A stretch of DNA of 63,126 nucleotides, filler included, from Choristocarpus tenellus KU-1152 (taxonomy: Eukaryota; Protista; Phaeophyceae), in the NCBI GenBank assembly GCA_964200185.2. It is 12 parts of 12 records of this genome, joined end to end, with 100 filler letters (N's around TTAATTAATTAA, not from the genome) between each part and the next. Parts side by side here need not be neighbours in the genome. Positions count along the whole stretch, not along the records: positions 1 to 5,473 come from CAXNAD020010669.1; positions 5,574 to 8,284 come from CAXNAD020025404.1; positions 8,385 to 15,377 come from CAXNAD020006910.1; 9 more parts are not named here. One strand, 5' to 3'. Under the pieces are notes generated by a model. It did no database searches. It was not told where the DNA came from and was given only the letters and a program-made list of their open reading frames with translations. The first letter of the stretch is position 1. Each line of letters begins with the position of its first letter. Below, piece after piece: positions 1-11,625 of the stretch. A program made the position numbers and the translations under genes.

Positions 1-176
1 ACTTCCTAACTAAGGGCCACATCAAGGTGTCGGAGCAAGGGCGAAACGAGAAGCGTTTCGTTCTGGGCCTCGACGAGGACATCTTTGTCGAGGTCAAGGA
101 GTGGGTGCACGAACACACAGGAAGAAAGGGTGGGGAGACTTTTTTGCCACCTAAACTCGATACTTTAATAAAGTAA
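1..176 (+). mobile_element. Possible DNA transposase fragment (IS630/Tc1-like N-terminal region), truncated at the window edge
   Basis: The frame from base 3 reads FLTKGHIKVSEQGRNEKRFVLGLDEDIFVEVKEWVHEHTGRKGGET. From memory this resembles the 'S.xGxH.K...DED.....+.W' segment of eukaryotic DDE transposases. No catalytic motif is visible. Confidence 0.25.
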
Positions 177-674
177 TAGTGTATCTGTTGCCACTCTTCT
201 TGGTGACCTACAATCCAGTGTTCGAACCCCAATAAGATCGGTCTTTCTTCAAAAAAAAATGGCAAAAAACAAAAAACGAAGCCCGTACTCTGGAAGGGAT
301 TGTGACGGGCATCACGAATATGCTAAAAATAATCCGCCGAATATGCTTTTCATCCGATGTCTACATCAATAATTATTACAGCACAATCCAGACGGCGAAG
401 TAAATACTACCACAAAATCAAATAAGGTTAAGAATGCTGATGCGATTACAACAAACGAATTTTCATGAAGAAAATTGTTGTTGATAAAAAGCTATGAAAC
501 AACAAAGTTGATGGAGGAGGTTACTACCAACAACAATGAAAGTATATTGCATACGTAAAAATTGATATTTTTCACAATATGTCCATTACAAAACTAACCC
601 TCACCATCCACAATCTAGTTCGAACTTCAGTAAGGAAGTTGGAAGCTATAGTGTCACTAAATTGAACTACCTCA

Positions 675-825
675 AACAGCCGATTTCAAAAATTGAGGAT
701 AGAGCTTTTCATTGAGGATGGCTTTACAAAAAAAAACATATCGACACTTTCTCCCAGTCAATTTTGGGTCAAGCCCATCCATCCTCAATAAAAAGCTCCA
801 TCCTCAATTTTTTAAATCGGCTGTT
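675..825. mobile_element. MITE family B, complete 151-bp copy
   Basis: Near-perfect TIRs of about 47 bp: AACAGCCGATTTCAAAAATTGAGGATAGAGCTTTTCATTGAGGATGG and its reverse complement ending at 825. CTCA occurs on both flanks (671-674 and 826-829). A second partial copy lies at 5350-5409. Confidence 0.8.
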
Positions 826-1816
826 CTCATCGTCCATAATAATTTGTATGGTTACATCCAAAACAACAGTAGTAGTAGAACAACAGTGAAAAAAATAGAA
901 TGTTGAATGTACACATCCAACGTATCCTTCCGATTTCAAACAATTTAGTATCTCATCTCTCCATCTCTCAAAAACAATAGTCTCCTAGAACTCAACCTGA
1001 CGTCAATGTGAACCTCTGATGGTGTGAGAGGTGTGGTGAGGGAAGAAATCCCAATCTTCGCATGCGATTGTTGTGGTTTGTTCGTCTGGTCCGAGATCAA
1101 ATTCACACTTGTCTGGAACAATCATCCGATATTTCCCGATACATTCCTAGTGTTGTCGTTTGGTTTTGAAATGTTTGACATATTATTGAAGAATGCTATT
1201 GTTACAGTATGGGTATGTTCGAGGTTGCTTCTCCTTCACAGCCTTCCCCAGCCCCAAACGCCGAGAAAGAGAGAACGCCTTCTAGTTTGTCCTACCAGCC
1301 CCAATATTCTTTGTGGATTGTGTTTGTCAAGATCCTCGAACCCCAGATTCAACTATAGACTGATATTTGTTCAACATACACGAATATACCTAACAACCGG
1401 GGGTATACCTGCAATGGAAAATGGAAAGCGTAAAGAGCATGGGGTCCCCGGATGGCACACACAGCAAAATTTCTGCCGCGTCGTTGCCCTGGCGATTGTC
1501 CTACTGTGTCTCCTGTGTCACGGTGTGATTGATATGGGAATCGCAGTTTTGTGGGTTTGGCTTAGAGCTAACCCTATCTTCAAACACGAGTCCTTTGAGG
1601 CAAGTGATAAGATTAGGGTGGTCATGTTGGGTTTTCTTATCTTGTATGACACTTCTCTATCTTGTTTGGCCATGGAATTGCTGATATCCAAACCAAATCG
1701 GGCCTCAGAGTAACGACAACTGGACAATGGTAGTGACTCCAAATACATCGCAGACTAATTCAGAGAACCACAAAAGCATCCAACGTGCCGAAACGTTCTC
1801 CAATATTTTATATCTG

Positions 1817-4097
1817 ATGTGCCTTGTGCCAGAACCGAGCTTTGTACTTTATCCCACTGCAATTCTACCTATTGAGTCTTTCTCCACCCCACCCTGTCTT
1901 CTGTTGTGGCAGCCGTGTTTATCTACTGCGTGCTTCTTCCTCTACATAGGTTTCTTTGGGATCCTGGACTTTTTCACTCCATGTGTATGGCCTTACCGAA
2001 TTGGTACCTCAAAGGAAGTGGTCCCTCAGTACATAAATGGAAAGCGTGTACGATACGCCATCTTCGGATACCTCATGCCTCTGGTGGTAAGATTTGTAGC
2101 ATTGGTGTCGCCAAATCAATCATGCACGAAATAGCAATTGATCTCCAACTTTCCTTCTCTCGTTCGCTGTGGACTCTTTCGAGTTGTCTGACTTTGACCA
2201 ATGATGTTCTTCTCCTGTGTAATTATGCTGCTTTTTCGCACCTGTACAAGTTCAACTCATCTTACTATTAGCGATTTACATCCACCTTGGTTGGCCGGTC
2301 CTTTCCGTCCGCCCTTCCTACCTGCCAGCCTACATCATAAACCATATCCCCCTTTTGTGTCAACACTCCGCTCTCGCTCGACCTGCACCTCACTTTCTCT
2401 TTGCACCGATGCATTGACCCTCTGGCACGTGACACATCGCTATCCAGTCCCAATCGCTCTAGCTTACTGCAATAAATTGTCACCCTTTACCATGTGCAGC
2501 GTACCGGTGTATGGAAAACTCGTACACTAAGGTTGCTGGCCTTTTAAATCTTGGAGGTAGTGAGCATTTTGTCACCAAAATGTACCCAACTTTTCTCAGG
2601 ATCGGGATTTGGCAGGTTTGTTATGTAGTGGATAACTCCTGATTTTCTTCCATTTATTGAACAGTTCAAGCATAAATTCAAATAGCAGTAGTAGTACATT
2701 CCAGTAGTACCTGAAAGAAAAAAACAACAATGAATGCTGCAATTGTCACCATGCCTTGCCATTCACCCAATTCATCTTATGTGGTTGTGATGTGTTTTAG
2801 GCATTTGACCTCGCCTTCCCACGGCGTGTTCTTCCCGAGGAGGCTCCTTCTGCCAGGCGTCTAGTGCTGGAGGTTGTGGGTGCAATTGCTGTGTATGACA
2901 TAACCTTCTTCTTATGGCATGTTACTCTGCACCAACACCCCAAACTATATAAAAAAATCCATGCCAAACATCATCAGAAATTGGTGCAGCGGGCACCCGA
3001 GGTGAAGAATGTGTGCGCTCGTTTTTGTAATTGTTCTTTTTTAGATAAATTAACATCAAAAACCATCAACACCTGCGGCAGTGCGGAACAGAGATGCCAT
3101 CTGTGCACATAAGTGTGGTTCGTATGCATGTTCATGGTGTTGCCAACAAGTCTTTTATGCAGATCCCTCGCAAAACAGTCACTTGGGCACATTTGTGTGG
3201 ATGCATGTGTGTGCAGTTTGTGTTTCCCGTTCCAATGCCTGTGGGAACCTGATCGAGCTTGTAGCATGTGTGGAAGGAGGCCATGTGATGTACTCGAGGT
3301 TCTAATATTTTTTTATCGTTTGGCAATATCTATAGTCCACCCAATTGCGGCTGACCCTAGCAACTGCACTAACATGCCCTTACTTATGTCTGCAGTCAGT
3401 GAGGCATACATTTGTGGATGGTACAATGGATGTTATGTGCTCCATCTTCGCCCTCAATGTGCTGCACTGTCATCCCCTGTCACGTGCCCTGTATGACGTG
3501 GTGATAATATGGCTCATCACTGAGTTGCATGCTGGGTGAGAAGCAGCCCTGTTGGCGCAGTCACATAAATTTCTGGAATTTGCGTGTGATTCCTACATGT
3601 GCTTCTTCTTGTATTGCCAGGCATATAATACAGTATACTCTCTTCAAGAAGCATTCCTAATCCAGCATAGTGATGACAACCCTACGCCTTACATACCGTG
3701 TTGATGTAGAGGAACACACTTGAAGTGCTACAGGACGACTTATGTAAGGAAGGGTAAGGTGTCCATTCTCCACATTGTATGATTCATCCTCTCTCGCTCA
3801 AGTATGCCTTACTGTCATCAAGAGAGTACGAGGTGCAAATACTTCACAGTTTCTTCTGTGTTAGGATCACACACTCATACACACACATACATACACGTCC
3901 CCTCCTCTCTCAGATACGATTTCCCTTGGCAAGTGCATAACCTGCTTCCTTTTGGCCTGATGGGTGGCCCGCCCCGCCATGATCTCCACCACCGTTCTGG
4001 AAAGGTGTACATGCAAAAGTTTGGAACGTACCTTGACGAGCTCTTTGGTTTTGTCCCCAACAAAGGACTCAAGCTTGACAACATCAAACACCAATGA
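1817..4097 (+). CDS. Fatty acid hydroxylase/sterol desaturase superfamily protein (cholesterol 25-hydroxylase-like), 4 exons
   Basis: Phase-consistent GT-AG exons at ~1817-2086, 2801-3001, 3396-3535 and 3914-4097. Histidine boxes HVTLH, HAKHH, ELHAGYDFPW and HDLHH are present, plus an LPEEAP motif. The start codon is uncertain (1727 or 1817). Confidence 0.88.
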
Positions 4098-5349
4098 CAG
4101 GGAAAGTGGAGGGGGTGCAATTAGAGGGTCTATAGGACTGTGGGAGTGGTGAGGGCATTCGAGGGATGGGGTTGATACACAAGTTTTGGATACTAGTCTA
4201 TATTTTACTATGAAGTACAGTCTTCGGAGTATCAAAGGTGAGGAGGATGGGTGAAAGCTGCATCATGCGGTTTTGTCACATGACCGCCGAAATGTTTTTG
4301 ATTATACCTTGCGCCCCCAACCCCTTCCCACCTCGAGAAGTTGCACAACATATGAAACTAATTTGTGAGTAAGTGCTTGAATCCCTTTATGCAAGTTTTA
4401 TGTTTTGCCGTCTACACATTTGTACTCTACTCTATTTTCAGGATGTGTCCAGTTCAGCACTTTGGAGGTTTGAGGGGCTTCAGAAAGTAGGTACATGTGT
4501 CCACATTTTGGGGTTCCAATACTCCTGTCCTATTGTAGGTATCATGTGATCGCTCTAACATAGAGATAACCAAGGTGTTTCCCAAAAAATCGCCATTTGT
4601 GTCATCCCATTTTTCTCGTTTTTTGGGGTAAACAACATACTATTTGTGCAGTCCTCAAAATTTCTTGCCATTTTATATGGTTTTCGGAAAAACTACGGCG
4701 TTCCACTTGTGTGAGCTTGGAGATATCGGAAGTATGACCCAAAATCGTATAGACTTTATAAGGCCTAAGTTGGAAAAGTGGAAAGTGAAACTTGCACTAA
4801 TGTAGTACAACATGTTAGGGAGCAAAAATTACATCCTTGCCTTATCCCTAAACTTGAAGCTGCCACGCAGACCCAGATGATTTCCTCATTCAATTCCTGC
4901 TTTTGGTAGGTGAGTTTTTGACCAAAATATCTGGAGCAGCTACCAACATCTACATGAAACAGTACACAGAACTTTCATAGTGTATTGTAGGAGGGTGCAG
5001 TAGTGCAGTTTCCTTCCTTAGAGCGGAGCAATGCAGTGGAGGTACATGCTGATGCCAGAGGTATGCTAGTGCTGGCAAGGCAAATAGTAGTGATAACCCA
5101 AAAAATAGTGCATGTGAGCTGCGTGTCTTGTGGCTTACATGAAAGACACATAGTATGTCAAGCCATGCCAATATTCAAACACAACATAAGGTTGAATGAA
5201 CTCCATCTTTGTGCGGTAAGTGCTGCATCGGACATTTTTTTTTATTACCCAGATTCTATATTCCTGCAAGCCAGCCTTGGGAAAATGTTGGGAAACTTTC
5301 TTGTGCGCAGGTAACACAGGACACATCTGTTTCGATGATATGTTCACGT

Positions 5350-5409
5350 AACAGCAGATTTCAAAAATTGATGGAGCTTTTCATTGAGGATGAGCTTGAC
5401 CCAAATTGA
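5350..5409. mobile_element. MITE family B partial copy, interrupted by a family A MITE
   Basis: AACAGCAGATTTCAAAAATTGATGGAGCTTTTCATTGAGGATGAGCTTGACCCAAATTGA matches the right arm of 675-825 read in reverse. The family A TIR follows immediately. Confidence 0.75.
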
Positions 5410-5473
5410 GGCTCGAAGTATCTGGGAGGGGGTGGCGGCTGTCCATTTGGGGTCAATTTTTTTATGTTGCGAT
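5410..5473. mobile_element. MITE family A terminus at contig end
   Basis: GGCTCGAAGTATCTGGGAGGGGGTGGCGGCTGTCCATTTGGGGTCAAT matches the copy starting at 15184. Confidence 0.85.
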
Positions 5474-5573
5474 NNNNNNNNNNNNNNNNNNNNNNNNNNN
5501 NNNNNNNNNNNNNNNNNTTAATTAATTAANNNNNNNNNNNNNNNNNNNNNNNNNNNNNNNNNNNNNNNNNNNN
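5474..5573. other. Artificial contig-joining spacer. Identical spacers at 8285-8384, 15378-15477, 20989-21088, 23723-23822, 32541-32640, 35624-35723, 43804-43903, 48245-48344, 50853-50952 and 58791-58890
   Basis: 44 N + TTAATTAATTAA (stops in all six frames) + 44 N, identical 11 times. Confidence 0.99.
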
Positions 5574-6139
5574 GAGGACAGAGGAATAGCAAATTAGGAA
5601 TGAGCAAATAATAATAATAATCCAGAATTCGTGAGCAAAACAAACATAAAGTTGACCTTTTATTAATCTTGAAATAGATGTGAGGGTGGATTAGAGCAAA
5701 ATAGAAATCGGACCAGGATCAATATGTAAGGTTCTGGCAACTCTAGAAGATTCGAGATGAAGCGATAAGCAATTTAACATCCAAGAATCAAGGTAGGAAT
5801 GACGATAGACAGTTGTAGTCAAAGTAAAGGATAGTCAGTAGTATGGGAATCAGTATAGAATGTGGTATGGTTGACTGTAGGTTGGGATTGTGGACAACAA
5901 ATATGAGACAAAAAAAAGACTTTTGGAGATGTGTCACCAGAAAAGACAATTCAAATAATAAAAACTCCTGCTGTAAAGGTAATGGTAAATGTGAAAGATG
6001 TATCTCCAAAATCGATTTTTCTATTGACTCTTAGCTATACTACACCACTCCCCCAATAAGCCTGCAACCTAGCTTAGCCCTATACTATAGGATGAGGAGG
6101 TAGGGAAACATGCCAAGAATCTGACAGGCCCCTCCTTGC

Positions 6140-8197
6140 CCATCTCCCTGGTGTCTCCAGCTTAAAACACATGACACGTGTTTATAGAGAGCCACTTGTG
6201 TTGTGACACACACTACCTGTCGTAAAAGGATTTTTGACAGCTCCTTTCCTGCTATAACCTCACGCTCCTCTCCCCCCTACTGTGTGTGTAGCCAACTCAT
6301 CCAGAAACCTTTCTGCTTGCTTATCGAGCCGCCCAAAACTTTCCACCACGGAGGTGTTGAGGGTAAAGGCTCAAAGTATCTGGGAAGGGGGGGGTCTACA
6401 CCAGGGTGGGTGTCCATTCGGGGCCTGACCAGGAAAGGTCTGCTTACATTATCCATCCGATCCATGCAACGAAATTCACCCAAAAAATCCGACATGGAAA
6501 AATGGGCCACGAATGGGCAGGTGCCACACACCCCCAGATACTTTGAGCCAAAACTACGAGGGTCAAAAGGACCCTCTAAGTGGGTGTGCTTTTGCTCTTC
6601 AGCTGCAGCAGCAGGTACGCCATTACTGGTGGATGAATGTGGCAGACGGGAGACTGCTTGCACTTCTGCAAACGAAACATCTGGGATGAGGCCTTTGCCC
6701 CAGTAGGGAGCTGATCCAGCATCCACAAGTACCCCAGCATGGAAGACTACATCCACGCGGAAATTCCAGTCCACTGTGAATGGGATACCGTCCTCCATAG
6801 TCAAATGGGTACCCATTCCTTTTGCAGAGTTGACCGAGACGCTTCACCATCGTTGTGTGTTGGTGTACCAGTCCTCCTTCCCCAGGGCAGGTACGAGCAT
6901 GTCGGACACCAACATTATGCCTCATGTACCCAGCCACTGGGCACCTGTTGGATAGGGTCTCTTCCCTCCCTTGAGATCTGCTGGCAGTGATTCCAATCTC
7001 TATGGGAGGGATCTGGTGTGCTGGTTCCAGGGGTTGTGTGGAGGCCCATGCATTTACCCCTTATTCACACTGGCTCCGGTGGTGGGCTAGAGCTAGTGAA
7101 GAACTTTCCCTCCCTTGTTCTGCATCGTCTGGTATGTTGCCCAATTGTGTCTGCAAAGAGTCAAACTGGATCCTATTCAGGAGGCGGGTGATTTCATGCT
7201 GTGCCCTCCTTGTGATCCTGGTATCATGCGCTGCTAGAGTGTGGACCTCTGGTGCAGGTGTAAGGGTTGTCATTCCCCCTCAGCCTTGGTCAATAGTTCC
7301 TGCCAAGTCTTGTGAAGGGAATCCTGTGGAGAGGAGGATGTGAATGGATTATTCCAGGGCCCTAACTGTGGGGCTCATACAGATGGCTTGTCAGAAAGAC
7401 TCTCCATGAGGCCTGTTGCCTTGCTAGAAGGGTGGGGAGAGTGACCATCAGTTATCCTACAAAGGCTGCATCCTGCCGATGTTTCATGGGGGATAGGCCC
7501 AACCCCCCCGAGGTTGTGGGCATCTGTGCCTGTACTTGCTGGTATGTTTCCAGGTGAAGAGATCCATTTTCACACACATCTTCAACGAGGTCAGTGACTC
7601 CAGCTGAGTCAGCTACCTTCATTATCTTTCTAGCGTCCACAGTGAGGTGATGTCTTCTTGTTCCACGGTGGAACGTGCCAGGTGGGGGGGAAGTGTTGAA
7701 GAAGCTGATATTCCCAAGAACTGTGTATGTATATAACTTAATCAATTCCTTATTGGGTAGAAAGGGTTGTAGATGAAGTAAGGAGAAAAGAGGGTGAGGA
7801 TCCAAGACCAAAGAGGGGAGGTCCTTACCAAATGACCTTAGTGGGAAGAGAGGGACCAGGAGTTGAGGAGTCAGGCAACTTATCCGTCCTCCATTTCACT
7901 CAGGTGTATGGCCAGCATTCGCGACCCTGAGCTCTCAATCACCTCAACTATGTGGGCTTGGATGAATTCATCTGTTCCCACTAGTGCCCCTAGTGTAACA
8001 AAACCATTTGGGCTTGGGGCTAGGTTGTTCCCCAGTATGGACAGAAGTTCCAGTTCTACGGTGGTGGGCTGGTGCCCCTGGGAGGTGCAGTAAAGGTCTT
8101 ATCCATGTTGAGGGCGATGCCTACCTCGTGTAGATCTGTTTATAGCTGCCCGAAAGCAGCAATTGTGGTGCATTTTATCTCCCTTGCAGAAATGGAT
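6140..8197 (-). mobile_element. Decayed RLE-type non-LTR retrotransposon (CRE/Cnl1-like): RT thumb, zinc knuckle and restriction-like endonuclease
   Basis: Minus-strand fragments appear in the expected order. RT: GIALNMDK ... GFVTLGALVGTDEFI. Thumb: QAQMPTTSGGLGL...DAAFVG. Knuckle: HARTCPGEGGLVHQH. RLE: RVDVV...PDVSF...AAAAEEQKH...VVESFGRLDKQAERFLDELA. Many stops and frameshifts. Confidence 0.82.
6368..6549. mobile_element. MITE family A, complete 182-bp copy with 3-bp TSD (AAA)
   Basis: TIRs GGCTCAAAGTATCTGGG (6368) and CCCAGATACTTTGAGCC (6549), with AAA on both flanks. The copy is inserted in the endonuclease domain of the retroelement. Confidence 0.92.
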
Positions 8198-8284
8198 GAC
8201 CCAAAGTATCTCGGAGGGGGGGGGGGTCTACACCAGGTTGTCCATTTGGACCAAAATCAGGAAAGTGCATTTACAGTATCTATC
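8198..8284. mobile_element. MITE family A, left part, at contig end
   Basis: GACCCAAAGTATCTCGGA-G tract-TCTACACCAGGTTGTCCATTTGGACCAAAATCAGGAAAG matches the copies at 6368 and 58906. Confidence 0.85.
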
Positions 8285-8429
8285 NNNNNNNNNNNNNNNN
8301 NNNNNNNNNNNNNNNNNNNNNNNNNNNNTTAATTAATTAANNNNNNNNNNNNNNNNNNNNNNNNNNNNNNNNNNNNNNNNNNNNCTTCCTTCGTAGTCTA
8401 TGTATCATATACAATGCATTCGATTCAGG

Positions 8430-9800
8430 TTTCAACAGGTCCAACAGGCAGAGAAAAACCGACAGGGGCAGTGCGCCATATCAGCTGAGGAATGTCCCTC
8501 TTCGGTAGAACAATCCGACAAACAGGAGAAATTCCGCCCAATCGAAGGCTTGCCAATTATCCTTACCATAAACTCGAGGATAGGCCGGGTTCTCCCCCAC
8601 CATAACCCTGATTCTATCCCTAACCTCAAGCCTACTTACGCGCCCTATATGCCAGAATTCGACATGCATCTATCCAAAACTCATCTCCGTACTATGTTTC
8701 ACCTGAATCTTGATGACTGGGGACCAATCAGTCAATTGATGAAATCTAACAATAACCCTAACCAAAACAAACGACGGTGTATTTTACCATACTTCCTGAA
8801 CACAACGACAAGAGGCTACAACTGCCAACCCTATTTGAATACATTACCCATCCGATGTTCAATCATAGAATACTCATCTTTTTTGTACTTGATACGATAC
8901 AGTACTACCAGTTCATACTGACTGCTGAATTGGCACATTGATTATCTTCACATCAGATCCATCAGTTGCGTTGTTCTTTTTCTGACTGGCATTGCCCCCT
9001 TCTAAGACATCAAGCTCACTCTGCACTAAGTGTACCTCCACATAACACAACGTAAATTACTCAGAGATAAAATATCCTCAATAATCCTTCTTTACAAGGT
9101 GCCAAGTCTCTACTCAAAGCATTTACTTCTTCCTTTGAGCGTCTCAATGAATGACCCCACTTTATCATCAACCATCATCTGATTGAGCAAAACATGTCGT
9201 CAGGTCTACCAGAACAAATTCACCGGTGCTTTGTTGTAATAATTGACACCCTTAGCCACAAGCTCGCCACAGCACAACCAAGCACGACACATGCCAACCC
9301 AGGTTTCAACATCCAATGCATAAGATGTGGTAAGTCGTTGTTCCCCCCCAAAAGAGCAGCGCTGCGCCAAAAAATAGAAGAGACGTAATCCCCCCCTCCT
9401 GTGTCAAGGAGAACCTGGACAGGCATTCTTGAGTGGACTTTGCGTGGCTAAAAGATCGGTTGTACTTCTTTTGCCGCTTTGGTTGCGCGCTTGGATATTC
9501 TTGGCATTTGTGATGAAATTGGTACATTAGGTTACATTGTAGGATGGTAGCTGTTTTGACAACCATAACAGTCATACGTGGGAATCTAACCCCGAATTCT
9601 TCAAGAGAGAGAGGTGGGTCCAGGAAAATTGAAAATCTTCGAGCGTTCATCTGTCATTTTATACTGGTCATTTTTCATTGGACCATCTAATTGCCTTCTC
9701 CTGAGAATGTGTAGAGAGGAAACAGTTCGTCAATCGAGCTCCACCCTTCCGCAGTTTCATATCAGTCATGATCAGTCAACTCATTACCTTATTCATTCAT
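8430..9800 (-). mobile_element. Highly degenerate Ty3/Gypsy-like LTR retrotransposon gag-pol relic
   Basis: Aspartic-protease motif PVQVLLDTGGGDYVS at about 9380-9426. A degenerate knuckle (NCGRV...TNC, ~9725-9760) precedes it. RT-like remnants (PLVVL..RKYGK, FWHIG, STEEGH) follow in PR-RT order. No LTRs found. Confidence 0.45.
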
Positions 9801-11194
9801 AGACAGCCTTTCACAGCTTTGGGGAAGAGGGGAAGATGGAGTCCCCTTTCCGCCCCTACATGCAATGTGATCAATTGATAGTGCTGGAAATAGAGAGGCT
9901 CTTCGGTCAGATCTTGCCCGCAGGGAAGGGAGACTACAGAGTCTCTGCACATGTCTTAAAGACCCTCTAGGTAGTACCAATTATGTATGCTGCTCTTGTC
10001 TGTGAAGGAAGGCATGAAAGACATGAAGAAGGAGAAGCGACCCATAGAGTCCACGAAAGCATACGTAAACGTGGCGGTCAATGGCTGGTTCCGAACAATA
10101 GCAGAAAAGCCACATTTGCTAGTGCACCCTGAGTTGACACTAGACAGGTTTCTGCGAACAACTGTGGCCAGTGAGTTGATGAGTCCATCACCTGATGGTG
10201 TTTGTAAAACTAGTTCAAAGGTATGGGATTGTCATAGCATGCAATCATAAATTCGAATGAAGAATGTACAAGGACTATTTCCTCATTGCAGTCTGCTGTT
10301 TCAACGCTCTTACCACCATATGCTGCAATCACAGCAGTGAAGAAAGGGTGCAAAGCCAAAGCTCTTTGCCGACCAGGTTAGCTCCATGCGGTATTAACTG
10401 GGAAAAAAACCAAGGGAAGATCACCAATGTGTTCATTCCCATATACGACTTAAGTGGCGTTATCTCCTCGTTCCCATTTGTTGAAGTTATTTGTGGTAGT
10501 CCCAGACCATAAGGCAGGATCTAGGTTGAGCAGTGCCGTCTCCGCAGTAGTATGTTGCTCACGAAAGATTGAGCCAGGAGGAAACCCGAATTCCAACTAA
10601 CGGGTTAGGTTCTCACTGTAGATTCTTTCACATATCCGACAAACCACGATTTAACCTATCTATACTTCACAACTCAGCAGAAGAATGTAGGTCACTTCGA
10701 CCCAAGAATCTTGTACCACAAACCATGTAATCAGTACAACTCAATGTCGAGGAAGGATGTGCAATCTCGATTTGTCGATAGAACCTTGTTGGTTACAGTT
10801 TGCATATTATTTGTAGAAATCGCTCACGATTTCATCAACACGTAGAAATTATTTATCTCCATGTATTGAGATAGGATATATTTGTATATGGGCGATCTGT
10901 CCCTTCCTCATCTTGATATACAAATCGTACCTTATGATTTAATAGGAAGAACACTTGTATACAAATCTTAGGTTGTGATTAAGTAGAAAAGAACCGTTGT
11001 GTACAAATCCTACGTTACCACGGTAATTTCATACAATACTTTGTTCCCTTACTATATGATAATAAAAGAATATCATCCACCTTTCTAAACTAAGCTAGCA
11101 CATTGTGGGAGCCTCAGTCGACTCCTGGTTAGCATGGCTTCTGTAGTCTGTCATGTTGGAATCAAATAATGAACATTTGAAAGTATAAAGCATG

Positions 11195-11625
11195 TCCCCG
11201 TATATTGTTCTAGATATTATTTTGCCGTATGATACTTTGCTGGTGTATCAGGAAAAAACCAAACCAACATCACAAGGACCCCTCGAAATATATGCTGTCG
11301 TTAACGTACAAGGTACTCTCCAAAATCTATATACTAGCACTATACAACAATGCTTTCATAAAGGTTGGTAATTACAGTTCCTTGTGTATACTGGTGTTGT
11401 ATGTGTTCCGACTATTATTATGTTATTATGCTCTCTGATATATTGCAGATGCTTGAGGGAAATAGCCAAACCAATATCGCCAGGATCCCTGTAATGGTAA
11501 CATTTGTCGTAAATGTGAAAGGTTCCTCTCTAAAATCTATCTACTTTTTGTTCCGTATAATATCTTATGCACTCTGACATCTTACAGATGTGTTAGGGAA
11601 AACGTCAAACCAATATCACAAGGTT
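11195..11625. repeat. Diverged tandem repeat, about 3 units of 150-200 bp
   Basis: The core TGTTCC...TTATGCNCTCTGAYAT.TTRCAGATG....GGGAAA....CAAACCAATATC recurs at about 11205, 11404 and 11549. Related blocks occur at ~29800-29865 and ~48160-48225. Confidence 0.6.

Noticed and set aside
1024-1713. 229-aa ORF
   Set aside because: It has a GTG start, no recognisable motif and no supported splice structure on either strand.
5474-5573. N-flanked TTAATTAATTAA repeated 11 times, suggesting a regularly spaced element or array
   Set aside because: It is an artificial six-frame-stop linker used to concatenate contigs.
6277-6816. 179-aa ORF as an intact gene
   Set aside because: It is a chimera of a retroelement RLE frame reading through the inserted MITE.
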